A DNA stretch of 64,000 nt, from the NCBI RefSeq assembly GCF_009914755.1, contig NC_060939.1; one strand, written 5' to 3'. The stretch is from the human T2T-CHM13v2.0 reference genome, Homo sapiens. The notes beneath the pieces are model-generated. The model was given only the letters and a program-made list of their open reading frames with translations, made no database searches and was not told the DNA's origin. Position 1 is the stretch's first letter; every line of letters begins with the position of its first letter. The translations under genes were made by a program, and so were the position numbers. Positions 12,011 to 26,850 of this stretch are shown here, in pieces.

Positions 12011-15000
12011 TTCCATTCCATTCAGTTCCATTCCATTCCGTTCCATTGCATTCCATTCCATTCGGTACCATTCCATATTGTTCCATTCGATTCCATTCGA
12101 ATCCATTCCATTCCAGTTCATTCCATTCGATTCCATTCCATTCCTTTCAATTCCATTCCATTCCATTCCATTCCACTTGATTCCACTCCATTCCCTTCCA
12201 CTGCATTCCATTCGATTCCATTCCATTGCATTGCATTCCATTCCATTGGACTGCATTCCATTCGATTCGATTCCATTCGAATCAATTACATAGCAATCCA
12301 TTACATTCGAGTCTATTCTATTCCGTTCCATTCGATTTCGTTCCAATCCATTCGATTCCATTCCATTCGATTCCATTCCATACTATTGCATTCCATTCTA
12401 TTACATTATATTCGAATAATTTCCATTCAAGACCATTTCTTTTGAGTCCATTCTATTTGAGTCCATTCCCTTTGATTCCATAACATTTGAGTCCATTCAA
12501 TTCCATTCCTTTCGTTTGCATTCCATTTGATGCCATTCCATTCAATTCTGTTCTACTCGACTCCAATACATTCAATTCCATTCCATCCGATTCCATTACA
12601 TTCTTTTCATTTCTTATCCATTTCAAGCCATTCCACTCCATTCCATTCCACTCGTTTCCTTTCCTTTCGAGTCCATTCCTCTCCAGTCCATTCCGTTCAA
12701 TCCATTCCATTCCAGTCCATTCCATTCGAGTCCGTTCCATTCCAGTCCATTCCATTCGAGTCAATTCCATTCCATTCGATGTCTTTCCATAACGATCCAT
12801 TCCATTCTATTCCTTTCGATTCCATTCCATTCTATTTCATTCCATTCGATTCCCTTCCATTGGACTCCTTTCCATTCGAGTGCATTCCATTCCGTTCCAT
12901 TTCTTTCCGTTCTGTACGATTCCTACCGTTCGATTTCATTTTGTTCCAGTCCATTCCTTTCGCGTCCATTCCATTCCATTTCACTCCATTCGATTCCATT
13001 CCACTCGATTCCACTTCGTTCCATTTCATTGCATTCCATTCTATTCAACTCTATTGCCTTCCATTCCATTCCATTCGATTACATTCCATGCGATTCCATT
13101 CGAAATCGAATCAATTACATTGCAATCCATTACTATTGAGTCCGTTTTATTCCAGTCCACTGCATTCTGGTCCATTCCATTTGATTCCATTCCATTTTAT
13201 TCCATTCCATACAGTTGCATTCCATTGGATTCCATGCTGTATCTATAAATTCAATTCGAGACCATTGCTTTTGAGTCCATTCTATATGTTTCCATTCCAT
13301 TCAAGTCCATTACATTTGTTTCAATTCCATTCCATTCCATTCCCTTCCATTCCATTCCAGTTGATATCAATCCATTCGATTCCATTCCATTCCAGCACAT
13401 TCCATTCGAGTCCATTCCATTCGATGCCATTCCATTTGATTCTATTCCATTAGTCTCCATTCAATTCCATTAATCTCCATTCCATTCCATTCTACTCCAA
13501 CTGATTCCATTCCATTCTATTCCTTTCCATTCCATTTCATTCCATTCCATTCCATTTCATTCCATTCCATTCCATTCGCTTCCATTCCATTCGTGTCCAT
13601 TCCACTCCAGTCCATTCCATTTGTGTCCACTGCATTCCATTCCACTCCATTCCATATTATTCCATTACACTCCATTCCATTCTATTACTTTCATTTCCAT
13701 TCAATTCCATTCCATTTGATTCCATTCCACTCGGTTTCATTCCATTTGAGTCCACTCCATTCCATTCCATTCCATTCCATTCAGTTCCATTCTATTCTGT
13801 TCCATTCCATTCCGTTCCATTGCATTCCATTCCATTCGGTACCATTCCATATTGTTCCATTCGATTCCATTCGAATCCATTCCATTCCAGTCCATTCCAT
13901 TCGATTCCATTCCATTCCTTTCCATTCCATTCCATTCCATTCCTTTCCATTCCACTTGATTCCACTCCATTCCCTTCCACTGCATTCCATTCGATTCCAT
14001 TCCATTGCATTGCATTCCATTCCATTGGACTGCATTCCATTCGATTCCATTCCATTCGAATCAATTACATAGCAATCCATTACATTCGAGTCTATTCTAT
14101 TCCGTTCCATTCGATTTCATTCCAATCCATTCGATTCCATTCCATTCGATTCCATTCCATACTATTGCATTCCATTCGATTACATTATATTCGAATAAGT
14201 TCCATTCAAGACCATTTCTTTTGAGTCCATTCTATTTGAGTCCATTCCCTTTGATTCCATAACATTTGAGTCCATTCAATTCCATTCCTTTCGTTTCCAT
14301 TCCATTTGATGCCATTCCATTCAATTCTGTTCTACTCGACTCCAATACATTCAATTCCATTCCATCCGATTCCATTACATTCTTTTCATTTCTTATCCAT
14401 TTCAAGCCATTCCACTCCATTCCATTCCACTCGTTTCCTTTCCATTCGAGTCCATTCCTCTCCAGTCCATTCCGTTCAATCCATTCCATTCCAGTCCATT
14501 CCATTCGAGTCCGTTCCATTCCAGTCCATTCCATTCGAGTCAATTCCATCCCATTCGATGTCTTTCCATAACGATCCATTCCATTCTATTCCTTTCGATT
14601 CCATTCCATTCTATTTCATTCCATTCGATTCCCTTCCATTGGACTCCTTTCCATTCGAGTGCATTCCATTCCTTTCCATTTCTTTCCGTTCTGTACGATT
14701 CCTACCGTTCGATTTCATTTTGTTCCAGTCCATTCCTTTCGCGTCCATTCCATTCCATTTCACTCCATTCGATTCCATTCCACTCGATTCCACTTCGTTC
14801 CATTTCATTGCATTCCATTCTATTCAACTCTATTGCCTTCCATTCCATTCCATTCGATTACATTCCATGCGATTCCATTCGAAATCGAATCAATTACATT
14901 GCAATCCATTACTATTGAGTCCATTTTATTCCAGTCCACTGCATTCTGGTCCATTCCATTTGATTCCATTCCATTCTATTCCATTCCATACAGTTGCATT

Positions 15001-16833
15001 CCATTGGATTCCATTCTATATCTATAAATTCAATTCGAGACCATTGCTTTTGAGTCCATTCTATATGATTCCATTCCATTCAAGTCCATTACATTTGGTT
15101 CAATTCCATTCCATTCCATTCCCTTCCATTCCATTCCAGTTGATATCAATCCATTCGATTCCATTCCATTCGAGCACATTCCATTCGAGTCCATTCCATT
15201 CGATGCCATTCCATTTGATTCTATTCCACTAGTCTCCATTCAATTCCATTAATCTCCATTCCATTCCATTCTACTCCAACTGATTCCATTCCATTCTATT
15301 CCTTTCCATTCCATTTCATTCCATTCCATTCCATTTCATTCCATTCCATTCCATTCGCTTCCATTCCATTCGTGTGCATTCCACTCCAGTCCATTCCATT
15401 CATGTCCATTCCATTCCAGTCCATTCCATTTGTGTCCACTGCATTCCATTCCACTCCATTCCATATTATTCCATTACACTCCATTCCATTCTATTACTTT
15501 CATTTCCATTCAATTCCATTCCATTTGATTCCATTCCACTCGGTTTCATTCCATTTGAGTCCACTCCATTCCATTCCATTCCATTCCATTCAGTTCCATT
15601 CCATTCTGTTCCATTCCATTCCGTTCCATTGCATTCCATTCCATTCGGTACCATTCCATATTGTTCCATTCGATTCCATTCGAATCCATTCCATTCCAGT
15701 CCATTCCATTCGATTCCATTCCATTCCTTTCAATTCCATTCCATTCCATTCCATTCCACTTGATTCCACTCCATTCCCTTCCACTGCATTCCATTCGATT
15801 CCATTCCATTGCATTGCATTCCATTCCATTGGACTGCATTCCATTCGATTCCATTCCATTCGAATCAATTACATAGCAATCCATTACATTCGAGTCTATT
15901 CTATTCCGTTCCATTCGATTTCGTTCCAATCCATTCGATTCCATTCCATTCGATTCCATTCCATACTATTGCATTCCATTCGATTACATTATATTCGAAT
16001 AAGTTCCATTCAAGACCATTTCTTTTGAGTCCATTCTATTTGAGTCCATTCCCTTTGATTCCATATCATTTGAGTCCATTCAATTCCATTCCTTTCGTTT
16101 GCATTCCATTTGATGCCATTCCATTCAATTCTGTTCTACTCGACTCCAATACATTCAATTCCATTCCATCCGATTCCATTACATTCTTTTCATTTCTTAT
16201 CCATTTCAAGCCATTCCACTCCATTCCATTCCACTCGTTTCCTTTCCTTTCGAGTCCATTCCTCTCCTGTCCATTCCGTTCAATCCATTCCATTCCAGTC
16301 CATTCCATTCGAGTCCGTTCCATTCCAGTCCATTCCATTCGAGTCAATTCCATTCCATTCGATGTCTTTCCATAATGATCCATTCCATTCTATTCCTTTC
16401 GATTCCATTCCATTCTATTTCATTCCATTCGATTCCCTTCCATTGGACTCCTTTCCATTCGAGTGCATTCCATTCCGTTCCATTTCTTTCCGTTCTGTAC
16501 GATTCCTACCGTTCGATTTCATTTTGTTCCAGTCCATTGCTTTCGCGTCCATTCCATTCCATTTCACTCCATTCGATTCCATTCCACTCGATTCCACTTC
16601 GTTCCATTTCATTGCATTCCATTCTATTCAACTCTATTGCCTTCCATTCCATTCCATTCGATTACATTCCATGCGATTCCATTCGAAATCGAATCAATTA
16701 CATTGCAATCCATTACTATTGAGTCCGTTTTTTTCCAGTCCACTGCATTCTGGTCCATTCCATTTGATTCCATTCCATTTTATTCCATTCCATACAGTTG
16801 CATTCCATTGGATTCCATGCTATATCTATAAAT

Positions 16834-18203
16834 TCAATTCGAGACCATTGCTTTTGAGTCCATTCTATATGTTTCCATTCCATTCAAGTCCATTACATTT
16901 GGTTCAATTCCATTCCATTCCATTCCCTTCCATTCCATTCCAGTTGATATCAATCCATTCGATTCCATTCCATTCCAGCACATTCCATTCGAGTCCATTC
17001 CATTCGATGCCATTCCATTTGATTCTATTCCATTAGTCTCCATTCAATTCCATTAATCTCCATTCCATTCCATTCTACTCCAACTGATTCCATTCCATTC
17101 TATTCCTTTCCATTCCATTTCATTCCATTCCATTCCATTTCATTCCATTCCATTCCATTCGCTTCCATTCCATTCGTGTCCTTTCCACTCCAGTCCATTC
17201 CATTTCTGTCCACTGCATTCCATTCCACTCCATTCCATATTATTCCATTACACTCCATTCCATTCTATTACTTTCATTTCCATTCAATTCCATTCCATTT
17301 GATTCCATTCCACTCGGTTTCATTCCATTTGAGTCCACTCCATTCCATTCCATTCCATTCCATTCAGTTCCATTCCATTCTGTTCCATTCCATTCCGTTC
17401 CATTGCATTCCATTCCATTCGGTACCATTCCATATTGTTCCATTCGATTCCATTCGAATCCATTCCATTCCAGTCCATTCCATTCGATTCCATTCCATTC
17501 CTTTCAATTCCATTCCATTCCATTCCATTCCACTTGATTCCACTCCATTCCCTTCCAGTGCATTCCATTCGATTCCATTCCATTGCATTGCATTCCATTC
17601 CATTGGACTGCATTCCATTCGATTCCATTCCATTCGAATCAATTACATAGCAATCCATTACATTCGAGTCTATTCTATTCCGTTCCATTCGATTTCGTTC
17701 CAATCCATTCGATTCCATTCCATTCGATTCCTTTCCATTCCATTTCATTCCATTCCATTCTATTTCATTCCATTCGATTCCCTTCCATTGGACTCCTTTC
17801 CATTCGAGTGCATTCCATTCCGTTCCATTTCTTTCCGTTCTGTACGATTCCTACCGTTCGATTTCATTTTGTTCCAGTCCATTCCTTTCGCGTCCATTCC
17901 ATTCCATTTCACTCCATTCGATTCCATTCCATTTCACTCCATTCGATTCCATTCCACTCGATTCCACTTCGTTCCATTTCATTGCATTCCATTCTATTCA
18001 ACTCTATTGCCTTCCATTCCATTCCATTCGATTACATTCCATGCGATTCCATTCGAAATCGAATCAATTACATTGCAATCCATAACTATTGAGTCCGTTT
18101 TATTCCAGTCCACTGCATTCTGGTCCATTCCATTTGATTCCATTCCATTCTATTCCATTCCATACAGTTGCATTCCATTGGATTCCATGCTATATCTATA
18201 AAT
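16834..18203 (+). repeat. Truncated 1370-bp variant unit
   Basis: 1804 - 30 (one GTGTCC sub-repeat, ~17180) - 429 (net deletion at ~17730-17760) + 25 (tandem duplication at ~17904-17953) = 1370. Confidence 0.9.
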
Positions 18204-21200
18204 TCAATTCGAGACCATTGCTTTTGAGTCCATTCTATATGATTCCATTCCATTCAAGTCCATTACATTTGGTTCAATTCCATTCCATTCCATTCCCTTC
18301 CATTCCATTCCAGTTGATATCAATCCATTCGATTCCATTCCATTCGAGCACATTCCATTCGAGTCCATTCCATTCGATGCCATTCCATTTGATTCTATTC
18401 CATTAGTCTCCATTCAATTCCATTAATCTCCATTCCATTCCATTCTACTCCAACTGATTCCATTCCATTCTATTCCTTTCCATTCCATTTCATTCCATTC
18501 CATTCCATTTCATTCCATTCCATTCCATTCGTGTCCATTCCACTCCAGTCCATTCCATTCGTGTCCATTCCATTCCAGTCCATTCCATTTGTGTCCACTG
18601 CATTCCATTCCACTCCATTCCATATTATTCCATTACACTCCATTCCATTCTATTACTTTCATTTCCATTCAATTCCATTCCATTTGATTCCATTCCACTC
18701 GGTTTCATTCCATTTGAGTCCACTCCATTCCATTCCATTCCATTCCATTCAGTTCCATTCCATTCTGTTCCATTCCATTCCGTTCCATTACATTCCATTC
18801 CATTCGGTACCATTCCATATTGTTCCATTCGATTCCATTCGAATCCATTCCATTCCAGTCCATTCCATTCGATTCCATTCCATTCATTTCAATTCCATTC
18901 CATTCCATTCCATTCCATTCCACTTGATTCCTCTCCATTCCCTTCCACTGCATTCCGTTCGATTCCATTCCATTGCATTGCATTCCATTCCATTGGATTG
19001 CATTCCATTCGATTCCATTCCATTCGAATCAATTACATAGCAATCCATTGCATTCGAGTCTATTCTATTCCGTTCCATTCGATTTCGTTCCAATCCATTC
19101 GATTCCATTCCATTCGATTCCATTCCATACTATTGCATTCCATTCGATTACATTATATTCGAATAAGTTCCATTCAAGACCATTTCTTTTGAGTCCATTC
19201 TATTTGAGTCCATTCCCTTTGATTCCATAACATTTGAGTCCATTCAATTCCATTCCTTTCGTTTCCATTCCATTTGATGCCATTCCATTCAATTCTGTTC
19301 TACTCGACTCCAATACATTCAATTCCATTCCATCCGATTCCATTACATTCTTTTCATTTCTTATCCATTTCAAGCCATTCCACTCCATTCCATTCCACTC
19401 GTTTCCTTTCCATTCGAGTCCATTCCTCTCCAGTCCATTCCGTTCAATCCATTCCATTCCAGTCCATTCCATTCGAGTCCGTTCCATTCCAGTCCATTCC
19501 ATTCGAGTCAATTCCATTCCATTCGATGTCTTTCCATAACGATCCATTCCATTCTATTCCTTTCGATTCCATTCCATTCTATTTCATTCCATTCGATTCC
19601 CTTCCATTGGACTCCTTTCCATTCGAGTGCATTCCATTCCTTTCCATTTCTTTCCGTTCTGTACGATTCCTACCGTTCGATTTCATTTTGTTCCAGTCCA
19701 TTCCTTTCGCGTCCATTCCATTCCATTTCACTCCATTCGATTCCATTCCACTCGATTCCACTTCGTTCCATTTCATTGCATTCCATTCTATTCAACTCTA
19801 TTGCCTTCCATTCCATTCCATTCGATTACATTCCATGCGATTCCATTCGAAATCGAATCAATTACATTGCAATCCATTACTATTGAGTCCGTTTTATTCC
19901 AGTCCACTGCATTCTGGTCCATTCCATTTGATTCCATTCCATTCTATTCCATTCCATACAGTTGCATTCCATTGGATTCCATGCTATATCTATAAATTCA
20001 ATTCGAGACCATTGCTTTTGAGTCCATTCTATATGATTCCATTCCATTCAAGTCCATTACATTTGGTTCAATTCCATTCCATTCCATTCCCTTCCATTCC
20101 ATTCCAGTTGATATCAATCCATTCGATTCCATTCCATTCGAGCACATTCCATTCGAGTCCATTCCATTCGATGCCATTCCATTTGATTCTATTCCATTAG
20201 TCTCCATTCAATTCCATTAATCTCCATTCCATTCCATTCTACTCCAACTGATTCCATTTCATTATATTCCTTTCCATTCCATTTCATTCCATTCCATTCC
20301 ATTTCATTCCATTCCATTCCATTCCATTCGTGTCCATTCCACTCCAGTCCATTCCATTCGTGTCCATTCCATTCCAGTCCATTCCATTTGTGTCCCCTGC
20401 ATTCCATTAAACTCCATTCCATATTATTCCATTACACTCCATTCCATTCTATTACTTTCATTTCCATTCAATTCCATTCCATTTGATTCCATTCCACTCG
20501 GTTTCATTCCATTTGAGTCCACTCCATTCCATTCCATTCCATTCCATTCCATTCAGTTCCATTCCATTCTATTCCATTCCATTCCGTTCCATTACATTCC
20601 ATTCCATTCGGTACCATTCCATATTGTTCAATTCGATTCCATTCGAATCCATTCCATTCCAGTCCATTCCATTCGATTCCATTCCATTCATTTGAATTCC
20701 ATTCCATTCCATTCCATTACATTCCACTTGATTCCTCTCCATTCCCTTCCACTGCATTCCGTTCGATTCCATTCCATTGCATTGCATTCCATTCAATTGG
20801 ATTGCATTCCATTCGATTCCATTCCATTCGAATCAATTACATAGCAATCCATTACATTCGAGTCTATTCTATTCCGTTCCATTCGATTTCGTTCCAATCC
20901 ATTCGATTCCATTCCATTCGATTCCATTCCATACTATTGCATTCCATTCTATTACATTATATTCGAATAAGTTCCATTCAAGACCATTTCTTTTGAGTCC
21001 ATTCTATTTGAGTCCATTCCCTTTGATTCCATAACATTTGAGTCCATTCAATTCCATTCCTTTCTTTTCCATTCCATTTGATGCCATTCCATTCAATTCT
21101 GTTCTACTCGACTCCAATACATTCAATTCCATTCCATCCGATTCCATTACATTCTTTTCATTTCTTATCCATTTCAAGCCATTCCACTCCATTCCATTCC

Positions 21201-23299
21201 ACTCGTTTCCTTTCCATTCGAGTCCATTCCTCTCCAGTCCATTCCGTTCAATCCATTCCATTCCAGTCCATTCCATTCGAGTCCGTTCCATTCCAGTCCA
21301 TTCCATTCGAGTCAATTCCATTCCATTCGATGTCTTTCCATAACGATCCATTCCATTCTATTCCTTTCGATTCCATTCCATTCTATTTCATTCCATTCGA
21401 TTCCCTTCCATTGGACTCCTTTCCATTCGAGTGCATTCCATTCCGTTCCATTTCTTTCCGTTCTGTACGATTCCTACCGTTCGATTTCATTTTGTTCCAG
21501 TCCATTCCTTTCGCGTCCATTCCATTCCATTTCACTCCATTCGATTCCATTCCACTCGATTCCACTTCGTTCCATTTCATTGCATTCCATTCTATTCAAC
21601 TCTATTGCCTTCCATTCTATTCCATTCGATTACATTCCATGCGATTCCATTCGAAATCGAATCAATTACATTGCAATCCATTACTATTGAGTCCGTTTTA
21701 TTCCAGTCCACTGCATTCTGGTCCATTCCATTTGATTCCATTCCATTCTATTCCATTCCATACAGTTGCATTCCATTGGATTCCATGCTATATCTATAAA
21801 TTCAATTCGAGACCATTGCTTTTGAGTCCATTCTATATGATTCCATTCCATTCAAGTCCATTACATTTGGTTCAATTCCATTCCATTCCATTCCCTTCCA
21901 TTCCATTCCATTTGATATCAATCCATTCGATTCCATTCCATTCGAGCACATTCCATTCGAGTCCATTCCATTCGATGCCATTCCATTTGATTCTATTCCA
22001 TTAGTCTCCATTCAATTCCATTAATCTCCATTCCATTCCATTCTACTCCAACTGATTCCATTCCATTCTATTCCTTTCCATTCCATTTCATTCCATTCCA
22101 TTCCATTTCATTCCATTCCATTCCATTCGCTTCCATTCCATTCGTGTCCATTCCACTCCAGTCCATTCCATTCGTGTCCATTCCATTCCAGTCCATTCCA
22201 TTTGTGTCCACTGCATTCCATTCCACTCCATTCCATATTATTCCATTACACTCCATTCCATTCTAATACTTTCATTTCCATTCAATTCCATTCCATTTGA
22301 TTCCATTCCACTCGGTTTCATTCCATTTGAGTCCACTCCATTCCATTCCATTCCATTCCATTCAGTTCCATTCCATTCTGTTCCGTTCCATTCCATTCTG
22401 TTCCATTCCATTCCGTTCCATTGCATTCCATTCCATTCGGTACCATTCCATATTGTTCCATTCGATTCCATTCGAATCCATTCCATTCCACTCCATTCCA
22501 TTCGATTCCATTCCATTCCTTTCAATTCCATTCCATTCCATTCCATTCCACTTGATTCCACTCCATTCCCTTCCACTGCATTCCATTCGATTCCATTCCA
22601 TTGCATTGCATTCCATTCCATGGGACTGCATTCCATTCGATTCCATTCCATTCGAATCAATTACATAGCAATCCATTACATTCGAGTCTATTCTATTCCG
22701 TTCCATTCGATTTCGTTCCAATCCATTCGATTCCATTCCATTCGATTCCATTCCATACTATTGCATTCCATTCTATTACATTATATTCGAATAAGTTCCA
22801 TTCAAGACCATTTCTTTTGAGTCCATTCTATTTGAGTCCATTCCCTTTGATTCCATAACATTTGAGTCCATTCAATTCCATTCCTTTCGTTTGCATTCCA
22901 TTTGATGCCATTCCATTCAATTCTGTTCTACTCGACTCCAATACATTCAATTCCATTCCATCCGATTCCATTACATTCTTTTCATTTCTTATCCATTTCA
23001 AGCCATTCCACTCCATTCCATTCCACTCGTTTCCTTTCCATTCGAGTCCATTCCTCTCCAGTCCATTCCGTTCAATCCATTCCATTCCAGTCCATTCCAT
23101 TCGAGTCCGTTCCATTCCAGTCCATTCCATTCGAGTCAATTCCATTCCATTCGATGTCTTTCCATAACGATCCATTCCATTCTATTCCTTTCGATTCCAT
23201 TCCATTCTATTTCATTCCATTCGATTCCCTTCCATTGGACTCCTTTCCATTCGAGTGCATTCCATTCCGTTCCATTTCTTTCCGTTCTGTACGATTCCT

Positions 23300-26200
23300 A
23301 CCGTTCGATTTCATTTTGTTCCAGTCCATTCCTTTCGCGTCCATTCCATTCCATTTCACTCCATTCGATTCCATTCCACTCGATTCCACTTCGTTCCATT
23401 TCATTGCATTCCATTCTATTCAACTCTATTGCCTTCCATTCCATTCCATTCGATTACATTCCATGCGATTCCATTCGAAATCGAATCAATTACATTACAA
23501 TCCATTACTATTGAGTCCGTTTTATTCCAGTCCACTGCATTCTGGTCCATTCCATTTGATTCCATTCCATTTTATTCCATTCCATACAGTTGCATTCCAT
23601 TGGATTCCATGCTATATCTATAAATTCAATTCGAGACCATTGCTTTTGATTCCATTCTATATGTTTCCATTCCATTCAAGTCCATTACATTTGGTTCAAT
23701 TCCATTCCATTCCATTCCCTTCCATTCCATTCCAGTTGATATCAATCCATTCGATTCCATTCCATTCGAGCACATTCCATTCGAGTCCATTCCATTCGAT
23801 GCCATTCCATTTGATTCTATTCCATTAGTCTCCATTCAATTCCATTAATCTCCATTCCATTCCATTCTACTCCAACTGATTCCATTCCATTCTATTCCTT
23901 TCCATTCCATTTCATTCCATTCCATTCCATTCGCTTCCATTCCATTCGTGTCCATTCCACTCCAGTCGATTCCATTTGTGTCCACTGCATTCCATTCCAC
24001 TCCATTCCATATTATTCCATTACACTCCATTCCATTCTATTACTTTCATTTCCATTCAATTCCATTCCATTTGATTCCATTCCACTCGGTTTCATTCCAT
24101 TTGAGTCCACTCCATTCCATTCCATTCCATTCCATTCCATTCAGTTCCATTCCATTCTGTTCCATTCCATTCCGTTCCATTGCATTCCATTCCATTCGGT
24201 ACCATTCCATATTGTTCCATTCGATTCCATTCGAATCCATTCCATTCCAGTCCATTCCATTCGATTCCATTCCATTCCTTTCAATTCCATTCCATTCCAT
24301 TCCATTCCACTTGATTCCACTCCATTCCCTTCCACTGCATTCCATTCGATTCCATTCCATTGCATTGCATTCCATTCCATTGGACTGCATTCCATTCGAT
24401 TCCATTCCATTCGAATCAATTACATAGCAATCCATTACATTCGAGTCTATTCTATTCCGTTCCATTCGATTTCGTTCCAATCCATTCGATTCCATTCCAT
24501 TCGATTCCATTCCATACTATTGCATTCCATTCGATTACATTATATTCGAATAAGTTCCATTCAAGACCATTTCTTTTGAGTCCATTCTATTTGAGTCCAT
24601 TCCCTTTGATTCCATAACATTTGAGTCCATTCAATTCCATTCCTTTCGTTTCCATTCCATTTGATGCCATTCCATTCAATTCTGTTCTACTCGACTCCAA
24701 TACATTCAATTCCATTCCATCCGATTCCATTACATTCTTTTCATTTCTTATCCATTTCAAGCCATTCCACTCCATTCCATTCCACTCGTTTCCTTTCCAT
24801 TCGAGTCCATTCCTCTCCAGTCCATTCCGTTCAATCCATTCCATTCCAGTCCATTCCATTCGAGTCCGTTCCATTCCAGTCCATTCCATTCGAGTCAATT
24901 CCATCCCATTCGATGTCTTTCCATAACGATCCATTCCATTCTATTCCTTTCGATTCCATTCCATTCTATTTCATTCCATTCGATTCCCTTCCATTGGACT
25001 CCTTTCCATTAGAGTGCATTCCATTCCGTTCCATTTCTTTCCGTTCTGTACGATTCCTACCGTTCGATTTCATTTTGTTCCAGTCCATTCCTTTCGCGTC
25101 CATTCCATTCCATTTCACTCCATTCGATTCCATTCCACTCGATTCCACTTCGTTCCATTTCATTGCATTCCATTCTATTCAACTCTATTGTCTTCCATTC
25201 CATTCCATTCGATTACATTCCATGCGATTCCATTCGAAATCGAATCAATTACATTACAATCCATTACTATTGAGTCCGTTTTATTCCAGTCCACTGCATT
25301 CTGGTCCATTCCATTTGATTCCATTCCATTTTATTCCATTCCATACAGTTGCATTCCATTGGATTCCATGCTATATCTATAAATTCAATTCGAGACCATT
25401 GCTTTTGATTCCATTCTATATGTTTCCATTCCATTCAAGTCCATTACATTTGGTTCAATTCCATTCCATTCCATTCCCTTCCATTCCATTCCAGTTGATA
25501 TCAATCCATTCGATTCCATTCCATTCGAGCACATTCCATTCGAGTCCATTCCATTCGATGCCATTCCATTTGATTCTATTCCATTAGTCTCCATTCAATT
25601 CCATTAATCTCCATTCCATTCCATTCTACTCCAACTGATTCCATTCCATTCTATTCCTTTCCATTCCATTTCATTCCATTCCATTCCATTCCCTTCCATT
25701 CCATTCGTGTCCATTCCACTCCAGTCGATTCCATTTGTGTCCACTGCATTCCATTCCACTCCATTCCATATTATTCCATTACACTCCATTCCATTCTATT
25801 ACTTTCATTTCCATTCAATTCCATTCCATTTGATTCCATTCCACTCGGTTTCATTCCATTTGAGTCCACTCCATTCCATTCCATTCCATTCCATTCCATT
25901 CAGTTCCATTCCATTCTGTTCCATTCCATTCCGTTCCATTGCATTCCATTCCATTCGGTACCATTCCATATTGTTCCATTCGATTCCATTCGAATCCATT
26001 CCATTCCAGTCCATTCCATTCGATTCCATTCCATTCCTTTCAATTCCATTCCATTCCATTCCATTCCACTTGATTCCACTCCATTCCCTTCCACTGCATT
26101 CCATTCGATTCCATTCCATTGCATTGCATTCCATTCCATTGGACTGCATTCCATTCGATTCCATTCCATTCGAATCAATTACATAGCAATCCATTACATT

Positions 26201-26850
26201 CGAGTCTATTCTATTCCGTTCCATTCGATTTCGTTCCAATCCATTCGATTCCATTCCATTCGATTCCATTCCATACTATTGCATTCCATTCGATTACATT
26301 ATATTCGAATAAGTTCCATTCAAGACCATTTCTTTTGAGTCCATTCTATTTGAGTCCATTCCCTTTGATTCCATAACATTTGAGTCCATTCAATTCCATT
26401 CCTTTCGTTTCCATTCCATTTGATGCCATTCCATTCAATTCTGTTCTACTCGACTCCAATACATTCAATTCCATTCCATCCGATTCCATTACATTCTTTT
26501 CATTTCTTATCCATTTCAAGCCATTCCACTCCATTCCATTCCACTCGTTTCCTTTCCATTCGAGTCCATTCCTCTCCAGTCCATTCCGTTCAATCCATTC
26601 CATTCCAGTCCATTCCATTCGAGTCCGTTCCATTCCAGTCCATTCCATTCGAGTCAATTCCATCCCATTCGATGTCTTTCCATAACGATCCATTCCATTC
26701 TATTCCTTTCGATTCCATTCCATTCTATTTCATTCCATTCGATTCCCTTCCATTGGACTCCTTTCCATTAGAGTGCATTCCATTCCGTTCCATTTCTTTC
26801 CGTTCTGTACGATTCCTACCGTTCGATTTCATTTTGTTCCAGTCCATTCC
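23300..26850 (+). repeat. Tandem duplication of a single shortened (1759 bp) unit
   Basis: Two consecutive 1759-bp intervals share ACATTACAAT (~23492/25251), CTTTTGATTCC, CAGTCGATT (~23963/25722) and CATTAGAGTG (~25007/26766). Confidence 0.8.

Larger units (their letters stand above)
1..15972 (+). repeat. Copy 1 of the visible part of a ~48.03 kb-offset direct duplication
   Basis: Private variants and the order of unit lengths recur at +48038, then at +48028 after a 10-bp indel near 2970. Confidence 0.93.

Noticed and set aside
17176-18201. Longest ORF (341 aa)
   Set aside because: It is a by-product of the 429-bp deletion fusing two stop-free frames.
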